Assembly: GCA_010015805.1 (NCBI GenBank)
Contig: ML978124.1
Coordinates: 124,001-188,000 of the forward strand
Reading direction: 5' to 3'
DNA length: 64,000 nucleotides
Origin: Rhizodiscina lignyota
Lineage: Eukaryota
Part shown: positions 13,101 to 23,751 of the stretch, piece after piece
Position numbering within the stretch: the first letter of the stretch is position 1
Layout: every line of letters starts with the position of its first letter
Notes under the pieces: model-generated
What the model saw: the letters and a program-made list of their open reading frames with translations, nothing else
Databases searched by the model: none
Told to the model about the DNA's origin: nothing
Program-made: the position numbers and the translations under genes

Positions 13101-13802
13101 GCATGCTCCGCAGGTCATGCCCTCAACGGCGACAGTGGTTGTGAGAGTCTTCTGCTCAGATTGTTTCCGTCTCGACTTCTTTCGCGACGACTGTGGTTCG
13201 ACAATCTTCGTCGCCAGCACCTTGGCATCGAATCCGGTGTCCTCAATCGCCTCTGCAATCTTCTCTGGTGTGATGATCTTCGGATCGTGCTCGATAACTG
13301 CGCGCTCGGATAGGAGAGATATGCTGAAGTTTGTGATTCCTGCAACGCCTTTGAATGCGCCTTCGACAGCAGATGTACATGCACCGCATGTCATGCCTCC
13401 AACCTGGACGGTCGTCTGGCTTAACCTCGGCGTAGTGTCCTCTTCCTCGTCATCGCTCTCAAGCAGTTCTGCGAAGTCTTCGTCTTGCGCAGAAGGTGTA
13501 TCTGTTGACAGCACCTCCGCCTCGAAGCCACGATCCTCAATCATCTCTGCAATCTTCTCGGGTGCAAGGATTTTCGGATCGTGCTGGACGACGGCGCGTT
13601 CCATGATCAAGCTCACAGAAACATTTCCGGCGCCTGCGACACCCTCGAACGCACTCTCGACTGCAGACGTACATGCTCCACATGTCATTCCACCCACTCT
13701 CAGCGTCGTTGTTGCCATGTGTGCCGTCTGCAAACCGCTCTTCTCGGACTTCGATTGTGCGCCAGACTCTCGGGTCGAGACTGGTTGGTATTTAGGGGCC
13801 AT
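10185..13802 (-). CDS. ccc2: Copper-transporting P1B-type ATPase (Ccc2/CtpA type), 1205 aa, intronless
   Basis: Three GMTCGAC metal-binding domains plus a fourth degenerate one, TGE actuator, CPCALGLATP, DKTGT, SEHP, GDGINDSPA, TM7 YN and TM8 MACSS. Confidence 0.96.
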   Translation of the reverse strand: MAPKYQPVSTRESGAQSKSEKSGLQTAHMATTTLRVGGMTCGACTSAVESAFEGVAGAGNVSVSLIMERAVVQHDPKILAPEKIAEMIEDRGFEAEVLSTDTPSAQDEDFAELLESDDEEEDTTPRLSQTTVQVGGMTCGACTSAVEGAFKGVAGITNFSISLLSERAVIEHDPKIITPEKIAEAIEDTGFDAKVLATKIVEPQSSRKKSRRKQSEQKTLTTTVAVEGMTCGACTSAVEGGFKDVDGVMQFNISLLAERAVIIHDPTKLTAAQIVEAIEDRGFDARIVSSVDGTAQTSSRNATAKLNLFGLKDATDSISLESTLRSIPGVTTATVNFSADQATVTYTSSKAGLRAIVEAVEGAGFNALLADSDDKDAQLESLAKTKEIMEWKSAFWKSLMFTIPVFLTAMVFPAFLPFLDYGSICLLVPGLYLGDIVCMILTIPVQFGIGRRFYVSAYKSIKHGSPTMDVLVVMGTSAAFFFSCAAMIVSIIAPPHTRPSTVFETSSTLITFITLGRYMENSAKGKTSKALSRLMNLAPSMATIYADPIAAAKAAEEWDEKTEKDARSSLSANASEEKVIATELIEVGDVVILKPGDKIPADGTVTRGESYVDESMVTGEPVPIHKKVGTALMAGTVNGAGRMDFVVTRAGRDTQLSQIVRLVQEAQTSRAPIQRMADKIAGYFVQIILTLGLATFVSWMILSHALVSPPPIFLEVTSGGKTMVCVKLCIAVIVFACPCALGLATPTAVMVGTGVGAEQGILIKGGATLETATKISHVVLDKTGTLTVGKMAVSESNIKGTFATSDAQKKLWWTIIGLAEMGSEHPIAKAIVLSAKEHLGLGPDGVLDGSIGDFEAVVGKGISATVQAAADPSNTRHRVFIGNASFLRSQGIDVPTTDEESSNIDLSTPTALTFSKSKPGKQPAQSAGTTTIHTAIYPTYTGALHLSDTLKPSAAATILALKRMGITASIVTGDARAPALVVAAAVGIAPEDVYASSTPADKQRIVEELQRPIAEGGRGEMVAMCGDGINDSPALATAAVGIALSSGTDVAMEAASIVLMNPTDLLSVPASLNLSRAIFRRIKANLVWACGYNVIGLPFAMGFFLPWGYSLHPMAAGAAMACSSVSVVASSLALKWWKRPRWLREEDVLGDEKVMDALVEGARLARKEGRGAGRWERLMSLLSVGRRGGERERGTYVPLRTIGDV

Positions 13803-15379
13803 GAGGAGGTGTGAGAGCCCAGCTCTCGGAAAGGTATTAGGGGTCTATTAGGAGGTATGGAGTAAGTCAAAATGGTCGTGAGGGTCGAGAGCCCGCCCTA
13901 ACTGAGGGCTGCGAAGACTTTGCGGCCAGTCTTGTTTCGTGAGTGAGCGTGATTAGGGGTGCGCCACGATATCGTCTAGCGTGAAATCTGCTGATCCGGG
14001 GGTTTGGAGGATGCGGGCGGAAGACAATGGGGCGGTTGTCCGGAGGTCGGTGAAAGAGAACAAAGAGATGGTGAATGTAGTGCGAGAAAGAAGGAGCGAA
14101 GGTGACACGAGTGAGAAGGCGTGAGGTGAGGTTGTGAAGGGGAATTACAAATGTCGTCGGAGACCCAGCTCTCGCGCGTTGCCGTAAGAATATGATCTGA
14201 TAATAGCGTCGTGCCTCGTTTGGGCCGATGGCGTCGTCGGCTCCAGCCGCACCGCTCCGATTTCGCCGAGGGGGGTCCGAGGGCTATTTTGGGCTCGCCT
14301 GTGCAAGAGACAGCGGAAGAACACCAAGACCTTTGACGCAAGAGACGTTGAAATATTCAATGCACCGAGCGAGCGTGCGCGAGGAAATACAGAAGTCCGT
14401 CAACTGGAGGGCATCTCCAAGCTTTTACGTTCCGCTTGGCTAACCTGGGTGCCACCGACAGGCCGTGCGCGCTCAAACCGAAGATGCCGCCAAGCTGAGA
14501 CGAGGACAGTCTCGACGAGCCTCCTCATGTTTGGTCACCGACAGCACCCCATTGGCGCAAATACCTCCAATTGGCCTACCCGCGATAAAAGTCAGTAATA
14601 TGGGAATAGTCTGGCCCACATCGTGGAGATCACACTCGCGGAGGGTTTGAGGTTGCCAGGAAGAGGATGCACCGACGATGTGGCTAAAAGATGAGAAGCG
14701 CGAGGCGAACATCGATGTTTCATATCGAAACGGCGCTTCAGAAGAACGTTTCCAGATACAACGGTGATACAACTGTCCGCACAGTCGCTCAGGTACCCCA
14801 CAAACCCGGGAGCGCGATCGAGACTCCACCACCTCCATGCTGCTCACACGAGCTGCATGTCATTTCATTTCGCAATTCGTGCTGCACACCATCTTCATGC
14901 GTTCTGGATTCTGACCAACCATGCCTTTCTCAAATATTTCCGGCCTTGGTTCCCGATCGAGTTCCTCTCATTGAAAGCTGCTCGTCAGATCGAGCAGGCG
15001 TCCGTCATGCTGTCCTCTGCGAGGGTTGAGATTGTAGAGGGCTTGACACTCGATCCAGTCTATTCGTCGAAATATTCCGTCCATTCCGAACAATGCATAT
15101 GATCTATATATAAACCCGTGGAACTCATGTGAATTTTGCGGACGATGGGAAGACCAACGAGGGGTCTCTCGTTCACATTCGAAAGCATTGTCAAATTTCA
15201 TATCAATCAGCTTTCGTCTGCTTGCATTGCGAAGGTCTGGGTGTCTCTTACCACTGTCAAATAACGTGTCAAGGAACGTGGGATACGTATTTCTTCAATT
15301 TCCATTGCTTCATTACATTTTCATACTCTGCTAACCAGCTGTGTTCGAGCATTGACAAATAGCCAGCTTGTCGACATTA

Positions 15380-15991
15380 TCACTTCTTCGACTCGTCCTC
15401 TGCGGCTGCGATGTACGCGTTGCTCCAAATGTGCTCTCCAGCTTGAGATGTTCCATATGCACCCTGCTCAGTGCAGCCTTCCACTCCAGTGGTATCTTCG
15501 TCATCTTGCTGTTGTGATGAAGCTTCAGCGCAATACCATGGCTGATGTGCCATGTTCTCCGCCTGCCAGAGTTCTAGTGGCGATGCCGTATTCGCATGAT
15601 ATGCGTTCTGCGGAACTGAACTCTGTGTATTGTCCGTCCAAGTCCCGAGTGCTGACTGATACAACTGACTTGTCGGATATGAACCGTACTGACGAGCTGT
15701 TGGGTATTCGCTCTGCAGCTGTGCTCCGGGGTGCAGATCGTACTTCTGGACTCCAGGAAGCTGGTAGCTCTCAGCTCCAGCCATTCCTCCCAGTCCACCG
15801 ACGTCTTTGATTGCAAGCTCTGCGTCATAAAGACTTGCAAGTGACACCTCATGTTCCGCGGTTGGTTTCTGATTGGTTTTCTTTCGCGGGTTCTTATTCT
15901 TGGACGATGCATCTCTGTTCTTGGTCGATATACTTCGTTGAGAGGCTTTGCGTTTGGGCATGTTTAAAGACAAGAACGTATTTCTTTTCAC
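15380..15991 (-). CDS. Hypothetical protein (basic NLS-like N-terminus, Gln/Ser-rich); may continue by splicing toward 15.0 kb
   Basis: 203-aa ORF with MPKRK...PRKK. No family recognised. Confidence 0.4.
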   Translation of the reverse strand: MKRNTFLSLNMPKRKASQRSISTKNRDASSKNKNPRKKTNQKPTAEHEVSLASLYDAELAIKDVGGLGGMAGAESYQLPGVQKYDLHPGAQLQSEYPTARQYGSYPTSQLYQSALGTWTDNTQSSVPQNAYHANTASPLELWQAENMAHQPWYCAEASSQQQDDEDTTGVEGCTEQGAYGTSQAGEHIWSNAYIAAAEDESKK

Positions 15992-16125
15992 GGTACTTAA
16001 TGATCTCCAACGGTGCGCGAGGAACTAGATGTTCCGGCATTCTGACGGAAAGTACGAGGGCTCAAATAATTCACATCTCCTTGGAATGCTTTGCCTACTC
16101 TCGATTATGGCCTTTGTTGTAGCGA

Positions 16126-16636
16126 AGGCCTCAGACTGCCAAGCGATAGAACTTTAGCATATAGCAATAGCGACATGCAACATTTGAATGCAGCTTCTTG
16201 CTTCTTAGTTCTTTGTGGCACGATGCCTTGGGCGATTGGTTTCTCCAACCAGGCCTCAACTGGGGTCACCGATCATCCTGACTGAGGCCTCAAACAAGAC
16301 GTGAGGGGTGCCATGCCGAACTGCATGTGACTCAGTCGTTACTGACGTCAAGCTCCGATACGCAATAAAGGTACCTCAAGACCTCCGACACAGGTTCGTG
16401 GCCTCAAAGTGCTCTCATAGCGTGCCACAATTCTGCACCTCCATGTTCCAATGGAGCGCTGACAATGGTATCTGACTCATACAGCTGCATCAGTACCCCC
16501 AATGCGGCTGCGAGAAGGAGGGCTCGTACTTGAGTGTAAATCTGCCTTAGGCCTCAAATAATAACTTTCTCCGTGAGGCCTCCAATCAGATGCCGGTATG
16601 AGGCCACCAATGACAGGCAACGACGTTTCAGCCTCA
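16126..16636. promoter_or_regulatory. Homotypic cluster of GGCCTCA/TGAGGCC motifs in a divergent intergenic region
   Basis: Copies at 16126, 16251, 16283 (perfect palindrome TGAGGCCTCA), 16400, 16549, 16574 and 16599; partial copy at 16631. Confidence 0.55.
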
Positions 16637-17039
16637 TCCACCACACCACGTTCAAAAATCAGCTAATTCCAACATCGTTTTGTCTCTCTCGACACCAGCC
16701 CTTTAGGGACAGTCGGGCTCTGTGCCTGCTTTTCCTCTGAGGTTTCTGATATCCGACAGCTCTACTCGAGACACTCATAATCCAATCTCTCACATTCGTG
16801 CCACTGGCCGCGGCCGGGAGACGCCTCCTCACACCTTTCCTTTCCTTCTTTTGCGAGGGGGGGGTTTTTTTTTTGGTGCACATTTCCTTTACGTCCTTTA
16901 CCAGGTTCCTCAATACGGGTTTCTTTTACACTCCTACGCCTCTAAGCGTAAATTAATAGGTGAGTGATGGAACGACATTGGTCGTCGTGGTACTAACCAA
17001 TTTATTTATCTATAGTTTCGCTATTTTGGGAATTGATTA

Positions 17040-18152
17040 CGCCCAGCCAACGCGGAGGCACACGTCCGCGCCTGGCCAATTTCTGACCACGACAATGATC
17101 ATCGCATAGAACAAAGCAGTACCCAGCCTCTTGGTGGAAATGGATATGTCTACAACGAATCCCATCTGGGGCCTCCCGTCTGTGGAGATTCATCTACAGC
17201 ACCGTGTCGGACAACGGCGACAGACATTGCTTGCTCTGCAGTCGAAGAGGATGCTTTTTGGGAAGCACTCCTGGCCGAGGGACTTGGAACGGAGTATTCC
17301 GAATCTGCTGCGGAATTTGGCAGCTTTCGTTTGGACAGCACTGGGCTTACACCATTTGATAACTTTGGCTTTCCAGACCCCGCAAGTCTGACAGATCCAA
17401 GTGTCGGAGGGCTAGCAGGGGAACAATCATCCCAACGCTTCCCTCAATCGGAAAATCACTTCTCTGAAGTTGGTCCAATTTCAAATCTAAACTTTCAAGC
17501 CAGATGCAGCCAAGAGCCTACACGACTGTCCCCAACTTTCACGCATTACAACGCTTCCTTGTCGCTGTCCACGGAAGATCAATTCAACCCCTCTCCAGAC
17601 AGCGACTCAGTTCCTGCACCCTCATACATAAGAGAACGTCTAATTCTTGTCAATCCGTCTCTATCTCCAACAAGTCCACCAGAGCATAATCTCAGCGCTG
17701 AAGCCCGCGCTACCCATGTACCAAGACAAGAGCTCCCCAAACTTCTTCCGGGCGAATGTTTGCGATGTCCACAGTGCTCGAGGGCCTTTGTAGAGCAATT
17801 CCAACTCCTGTAAGTATGCCCTCACGCCTGTAGCGGACAAATTTCTAATTTCAACAGCCGGCATCAACACATTCATGAGAGAATGAGGGTGGCATGCAAC
17901 GAGCCAAATTGTCAGGGGACATTTTCGTGTCAGAAAGACTTCGCCAGGCATAAAAGGGATGTACACAAGAACTGTGCTCCGTACAGTTGCCAGTGCACAA
18001 GAGAGACACGGCGAAAAGACAACCATCTCCGCCATTTGAAAAGTTGTAATCGCGGGCCAATTTCTGCGTACATTTGCAGTTGTGGGAATCAGACCACCGA
18101 CATAAACGATCATACAGCTCACGTGCAGAGCTGCAAGCCTAATGCAGCATAG
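17040..18152 (+). CDS. Zinc-finger protein (two C2H2 plus two CxC..HxxxC fingers); start codon unresolved
   Basis: Intron 17810-17857 (GTAAGT..CTAAT..ACAG) gives CPQC..LLRHQHIH, CNEPNC..FARHKRDVH, CQC..RKDNHLRHLKSC and CSC..HTAHVQSC. The frame is open from ~17040, but no in-frame ATG was found upstream of the first finger. Confidence 0.75.
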
Positions 18153-18399
18153 TACGACCTGCACTGCAGGATCTAAGTCCAGACTCTTTTGTACCTCTAG
18201 TCTTCGCCCTCGGCGGATAAAGCAGTGTGTGTCACACAAAACACCATTAATTTATCAACCGATTCCGAGGACCAAGATGGGATTCTCTGGATGTGGATAT
18301 GTTAAGATGTTCCATTCTATTGAGTTGGCTGGATATGCGCTTCACCGGATGATCGAAGCATTTATTCCTACCTGTCTATCTTCCTTTGATAAGGGGCCA

Positions 18400-19360
18400 T
18401 CGAGCTCGCCCGCTAATCGGGAGTTAAATGCCCACAAACTCCAAAAAAAGTAGAAAATTTTGAGAAAACTCAAGGGAAAAAAGACAGGGGATAGTAGTAT
18501 TACATACTTTAGTGTGTTAGTTACTTAGACCGATAGCGAGGAACTTGTATATAGGGCTAAATTCTTAGAATTTAGTCCGGCTGAAAGGGTCTACCTCTAT
18601 AACGACGAAATGATTTCTTACTATTTTAACTGCTTATACGTATTTTTTATCTAATAGTGTGAGGGAGATTTGTGAACAGGGAGCCTTCATAGCCGAATAA
18701 GGTAGATTCACTATATGCACGAATATCTAAGGGGCTAAGTAGTCGGCTTAGGCAGGAGTAATAAGAGAGGGAGTACTCGGAGCTAGGGTTAGGATATTCC
18801 GGGCCTGCGCCGAGTGCTTCCTCACAGTACCCCTCCTTAGAAAGGCTCATCCCGAGCCGTTAGATTGGCTTGCCTTATAGCTATTAACCTGCCTTGCAGC
18901 GCCTGCTAAACCCTTCCAAAACCTCTCTGTAGAGGGCAAAACCAAGGGAAAGGTTCACTACTTTAGCGACAGGCCAGCCTGTTTAAACAGAGCTCAACAA
19001 CAGCTTAGGCTTCCTTTGGCGACGACGTCGATCGATCGAGTAGCGCGTGGCGGCAGCGATATACTGTGGGCACAGCTCCGTTGCCTGCGTTGAGATTGGT
19101 TGATCGGTCGGGTCGTATTCGTAGCGACGTTATAACGAAGAAGCAAGTAGCGCTTATAAAGCGATGATACCAGTGAGCTAGCAACGCAATATGCGAATGC
19201 TAAAGAGTAAGCGACGCTAGGAGGCGAAGCCTATAAGTTATAAGCGACGCTAAATCTGTAAGGCGATACTGAAGAGTAAGCAACGCCAGAAAGCGAGGCT
19301 TATAAGCTAGCAACGCCGGGAGGCGAAGCTTATAAGAAGCAACGCTATAAGGCGGTGCTG
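18400..19360. mobile_element. RIP-degraded repeat/TE relic ending in a degenerate tandem array
   Basis: Strong TA excess and many TAG/TAA at 18480-18900. AGC(G/A)ACGC..GGCGAAGCTTATAAG-like units at 19120-19355. Confidence 0.55.
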
Positions 19361-19657
19361 ACCCGTTGCCTAAACTACCTCGAGGTCCTGGAGTTGCAGT
19401 CGTTTGCCTTGCGAATAGCTTCTATTGTTTGAAGAGCTGGAGCTCAAAGCGAAGCCGTAGCTTCAAGGCCGAAGCCCACGAAGGCCGAACACGAACAAGC
19501 GGCTACGCCGTCTCTTCTGTAAAAAGGATTAAACAGAAAATCTCGCCAGAATCTTGAGTGCCTTGAAATTTCATTCTGCAGGGTATTGGCACCCTGTTTG
19601 CAGCAGTCGGCGGCACTCATAGTCACATATGCAAGCTAATTTTAAATCTATTATTAT

Positions 19658-20659
19658 TTAAAGCGAGGTTTCTAGCTTTCGTCGAACTATCTCCATGTTC
19701 GGCATGTGTCGTCCTTCCTCCGCTGCCCGACGTCTCCCTGTTGACGCTAACACTTCCCAGGCAAATCTAAATACAACTGTTTTATTTAAAGATGAGCGCT
19801 GGAAAAGAGCTGCACCAATCATAACGATAGCATCAACGGCCTTTTTTATGTCCAGAATGGCGCACCTTGCAACGGTAAATCCCCAGCAGTCCGAAAGATC
19901 TGGTAATCGCCAAAACACGCTTGATATGAAGATAAAATCCTCCCCAATGGACCATAGACCCTTTCCTGGCAACGGTTGTGCCTCATCATACGACTCTAAC
20001 ACCATAGTCTTCTTTGTTTCTTCTGTAATTTCCGACAAACATTTGTCGTGTCTGCCTCGTGCAATCCTACGCCTATTGCATTGCCTTATGCGCGCACGCT
20101 CCGACTGCTCTACGGTCTTCCCGCTGCTGCCTTGACCCTTCCTTCTCGTGCTGAGATCTAGTGGCAGTTGTTTGTCATCGTGATGAATCCGTTCTTCTTT
20201 ATCCAAATTTGCCGGAAATGGCGACACCTTTGCGACTGGGTTCAGCAAAGACATAGCATCGATCGGCTGAGTCTTGAGGACAAGAATGTATTCCTTGCGT
20301 TTGTAGTAGAAGAATGCTCCGTCTTTTGTAAATCGTTTTAAGTTTCTCAACGTGTATCTGTATACCGACTGAGGTACTAGCGTCTTGTATGCCCTCCCTT
20401 CGATGAAACACTTGCGATTTAGGTCGGCTAAAAGATAAAAGTCGAAGTGTTGCGCCGAACTGCAAAAGCAGATAATCCAAAAACGCTCGTAAATGATGTG
20501 ACCAATGTCGAAATAGGCAATGCCGTAGCGAATATCGTCAGAAGACTTGGGGATATTTGTTTGCTCGGGAAGACAGGTAAACGGTAATCGAGGAAATTCG
20601 TCGACAAGTTTCGGCGGCGAATTCGGCCTAATAAAAAGAATCAGTTTATATCCGCACAC
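19658..20659 (-). CDS. Hypothetical protein (333-codon ORF, non-ATG start in the track)
   Basis: Long open frame only; no motif recognised. Confidence 0.35.
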   Translation of the reverse strand: MCGYKLILFIRPNSPPKLVDEFPRLPFTCLPEQTNIPKSSDDIRYGIAYFDIGHIIYERFWIICFCSSAQHFDFYLLADLNRKCFIEGRAYKTLVPQSVYRYTLRNLKRFTKDGAFFYYKRKEYILVLKTQPIDAMSLLNPVAKVSPFPANLDKEERIHHDDKQLPLDLSTRRKGQGSSGKTVEQSERARIRQCNRRRIARGRHDKCLSEITEETKKTMVLESYDEAQPLPGKGLWSIGEDFIFISSVFWRLPDLSDCWGFTVARCAILDIKKAVDAIVMIGAALFQRSSLNKTVVFRFAWEVLASTGRRRAAEEGRHMPNMEIVRRKLETSL

Positions 20660-21570
20660 CCAGACACAGTTACTTCAGAGAGCAACTGCATTGGTGAGTC
20701 GCATACTCTGTCGCCGTAAAATCCCTAGCTCGGTTTGGCTGCTTGTCATCGCGTGTTATTTGTGGCATATAATGGAGAAGCTCGTGATAATGTAGGGTTG
20801 TCATTGTAAGACACAGATTCTAGTTTGTGTTAGTTTCAATCTACAAGGTATAAAATTGTAAGCTTAAAGAGTGATTGCTTCCCCATGTACAAAGTGCAAG
20901 GCTACCGAAGTACGGAGTGGAGCAAGAGTGAGGCCTGCATTCTGAGCCAATCATTTTATGTTACTCCGCCCTTAATGCAACCAGAACATTTTACTCCAAA
21001 GTATTAGACTTGCCTCTCCTATTCGATGATAAGGATAGCTTCCCTAATCCTAAGTTTAAAGTAGTCTGAATTATAATAACTCTCATTGCGCCGATATCGA
21101 TTATCACACATAACGCAGACGACATCAACAAATTAGTAAGAAGTGATAGCCGTACCATAGGTCTCACAGGCTTCCCACCTTATTATTTCACAGCATGCTC
21201 TAAATTTAAGTCGATCCCTTGCGAAGCCAGGCAGCGATGCAAAGGAAAGCATCCTACTGCCTGCAGTTTTTGTTACAGCGAAGCTCCTCCACGAGAACGG
21301 AATCAATCAGACATAGCGGTCTAGCCCCTGACAATTTTATCAGTGATACTCTTCGACTACTCCCTTGGTCTCAAATGACATGGATTGGACACAGGTTTAG
21401 ATCATGATCGTCACGGAAATTGGTTATTGCATCCAGCCTGTCAATTGATTATGCAATGTGACGGAGCTAAATAATACTATAGACATGCATATAAGGAAGT
21501 TTATTCCGAGTATCAAGTCGCTGATTAGCTGCTGATTTCAGTTTTCATGAACACAAACAGCGTCGAAGCG

Positions 21571-23120
21571 TTAAGCTGGCGTTTCTGTTCCGTTTGTCCC
21601 ATTTGGCGCACTTCCATTTAACCCTTCCTTTTCCTTCTTGATCCTGCCTGTGCGCTGCTTGCGGCTCTCGCTTTGTGGGTCGAAGTATGCTGTTATGATA
21701 TTTTATTGTCAGCGTCACACACTCAAATTTTGATCGTGGATATAAGACAATTGTTCGCTTGGTGTGCCTTACGCTTCTCTCCAAATACAGTTGTTCTGAT
21801 GCCTCGCCTGTTGCCCTCGTATGTTCCCGGAATTACGCGATGCACAACAGCGCTGTTGCAGTAAGCCTCTATGTCTAACCTCCAAGTGAGGAGCCAGTCT
21901 TACCGATTGTCCCACATCGCAACGCTTCCAACAGCCCACTTCCAACGCACGTAGTGGTCATCCGCAGAATGGATATGGTATTGGAAGAAGTCGAGTAACT
22001 TGTCTGACTCAAACTTCTTCAGCTCCGCAAAGCCGGTGACGAAACCGCCGTTTACGTTCAATGCTTTCAAGCCTGTCACGGGGTGCGTTCTGACGGCCGG
22101 GTGGTGGGTATCAATAGGCGGACGGTTGGGACCCGTACCCCACAGATCAAGGATAGTGTCATCTGATGATATTCAGTTAAGGCTGTGTGAGGGCAGAAGG
22201 TAATGGCTGCGTACACTGGAGTCTGGAAGTATGGATGGCGTGTAGACCCTCAACAAATTTCTGCATGGCCGGACTGAGAGAATCGTATAGGCCATATTGG
22301 GAGACCTGAACTTGTCAGTGTTGTATTTTCCCGAGACCAAATTGTGTGCCAACCCAGGCCGTGTCTCCTCCGACTTCCGGATGTTCTTCCATGCGAAGAA
22401 GCGAATACGACGGGGCTAAAGGGATTATCATTCTCGTAGACAAGGTCCAATGCTGAATAACGTACGATTGACCTCAAAGGATGTGTCCGCATGGAAGTCT
22501 CCTGAAGGCTGTCTTGTCGTTAACGAAGAGGATACTATTAACGGTTCGGAGACATACCCATGGCGTGTATTTGTTGATTTCCCGATGGTCCTCTCTACTT
22601 CCTTGGATTATGACATGTTTGACATCCTGTTGGTAGTATTCGTTTCAGCAGATGTGCGAATGAAAGAGCTTCAGGCGGGTTACCTTTTGCGCCGGGTGCT
22701 TGTCAAGCGTTCCTTTAAACATTTTAATAACAGTTAAGTTGATATGCATGGTTGCTTACCATAATGTTCGAAGAGCTTGACTTGACCTTCAGTGGTCAAG
22801 TCTTGGTCGCGGAAGTAGACCACTCCTCTCTCGGTGACGAGCAGGGCGAGCTCATCAAGCTGTTTCTCGTTCAATTGAGAAAGCTGGACATTCTCAAGGA
22901 CCGTTCCAATTGACTCTGTCAGATCTGTGCGCTTTGCCACAGAAAGTAAGGATTTCTTCTCCGGGTCTGCAAAGGAAGCGCGGTCCTTTGGGGGTTGGAA
23001 TTCCTCTCTAACTGGATCCGGCGGGACGTGATTCTTGATTTTCGGATTGAAATTTGGATGAAGAGCGATAGGAAATCCAGAATCTGGAGATATATGCTTG
23101 CGGGCTTCAAGGTTGGCCAT
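21571..23120 (-). CDS. TauD/TfdA-family alpha-ketoglutarate-dependent (sulfonate/alkylsulfate) dioxygenase, multi-exon
   Basis: Exons read DLTESIGT..LALLVTERGVVYFRDQ, FHADTSFE (HxD), GGDTAW, HPAVRTHPVTGLKALNVN, VRWKW..VAMWDNR, RRGIRTTVFGEKP. Stop at 21573-21571. Confidence 0.93.
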
Positions 23121-23751
23121 CTTGAACAAGAAAATTTGAACGCGGATGGATCAGGATTGACTCACAAGCACCACTATTTGTTTGAACAGTAGATGAATCC
23201 CACGGTAATTCGGAAGTGAGATCCGATATCAAGGTACGTTAAAATGCACTGTCGTAATAATATATTCCAATAGCGCGGTCTGGATTGCGCACTATCAGGC
23301 CTCGTGGGAACAATCATGGAACTATCCGTCCAGTATCCATGGATTTGGGGCAGTTCCAGGCTAATATCAAATTAACGAGGTATGCCACTGCCTGTGAGTG
23401 GAAGCGAATTGCGTGATGGTCAAGCAAGCGTGGGGCCAGTGGTGGTTGACGTTGGCTTCTGGTTTGGCGGAGCAAGATGATGGCGCGAGAGTTCCCAGAA
23501 TTGCATCAACACCACGCCTGTCTGCGTCCGCCAAAGGGCCAGGGATAGAGGTGCCAAAAGCCCCAAGACAGCTTCGATTCCAACTTGGCGTCTCTAGTGA
23601 ATATCGACCAGCAGATAAAGGCGCAATTTGCGGCATCGTTCATCCCGGGGCCTGATTTGAATGAATCGTAGGCGAAGTATGTACGGCGGAGTACATAAGA
23701 GTAACTGTGTCAGAGACAGTCTGCACTAGAATCGTGAAATTCTACGAAATC

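Noticed and set aside
11179..13851. Long + strand ORFs (250 and 278 aa)
   Set aside because: Antisense shadows of the Cu-ATPase.
14968..15330. Possible extra exons of the 15.4-16.0 kb gene (EYENVMKQWKLKK, faintly Clr5-like)
   Set aside because: Weak donor sites and too short a match to support.
19120..19355. Repeat-spacer appearance suggestive of CRISPR
   Set aside because: Eukaryotic context, degenerate units, no regular unique spacers, no cas genes.
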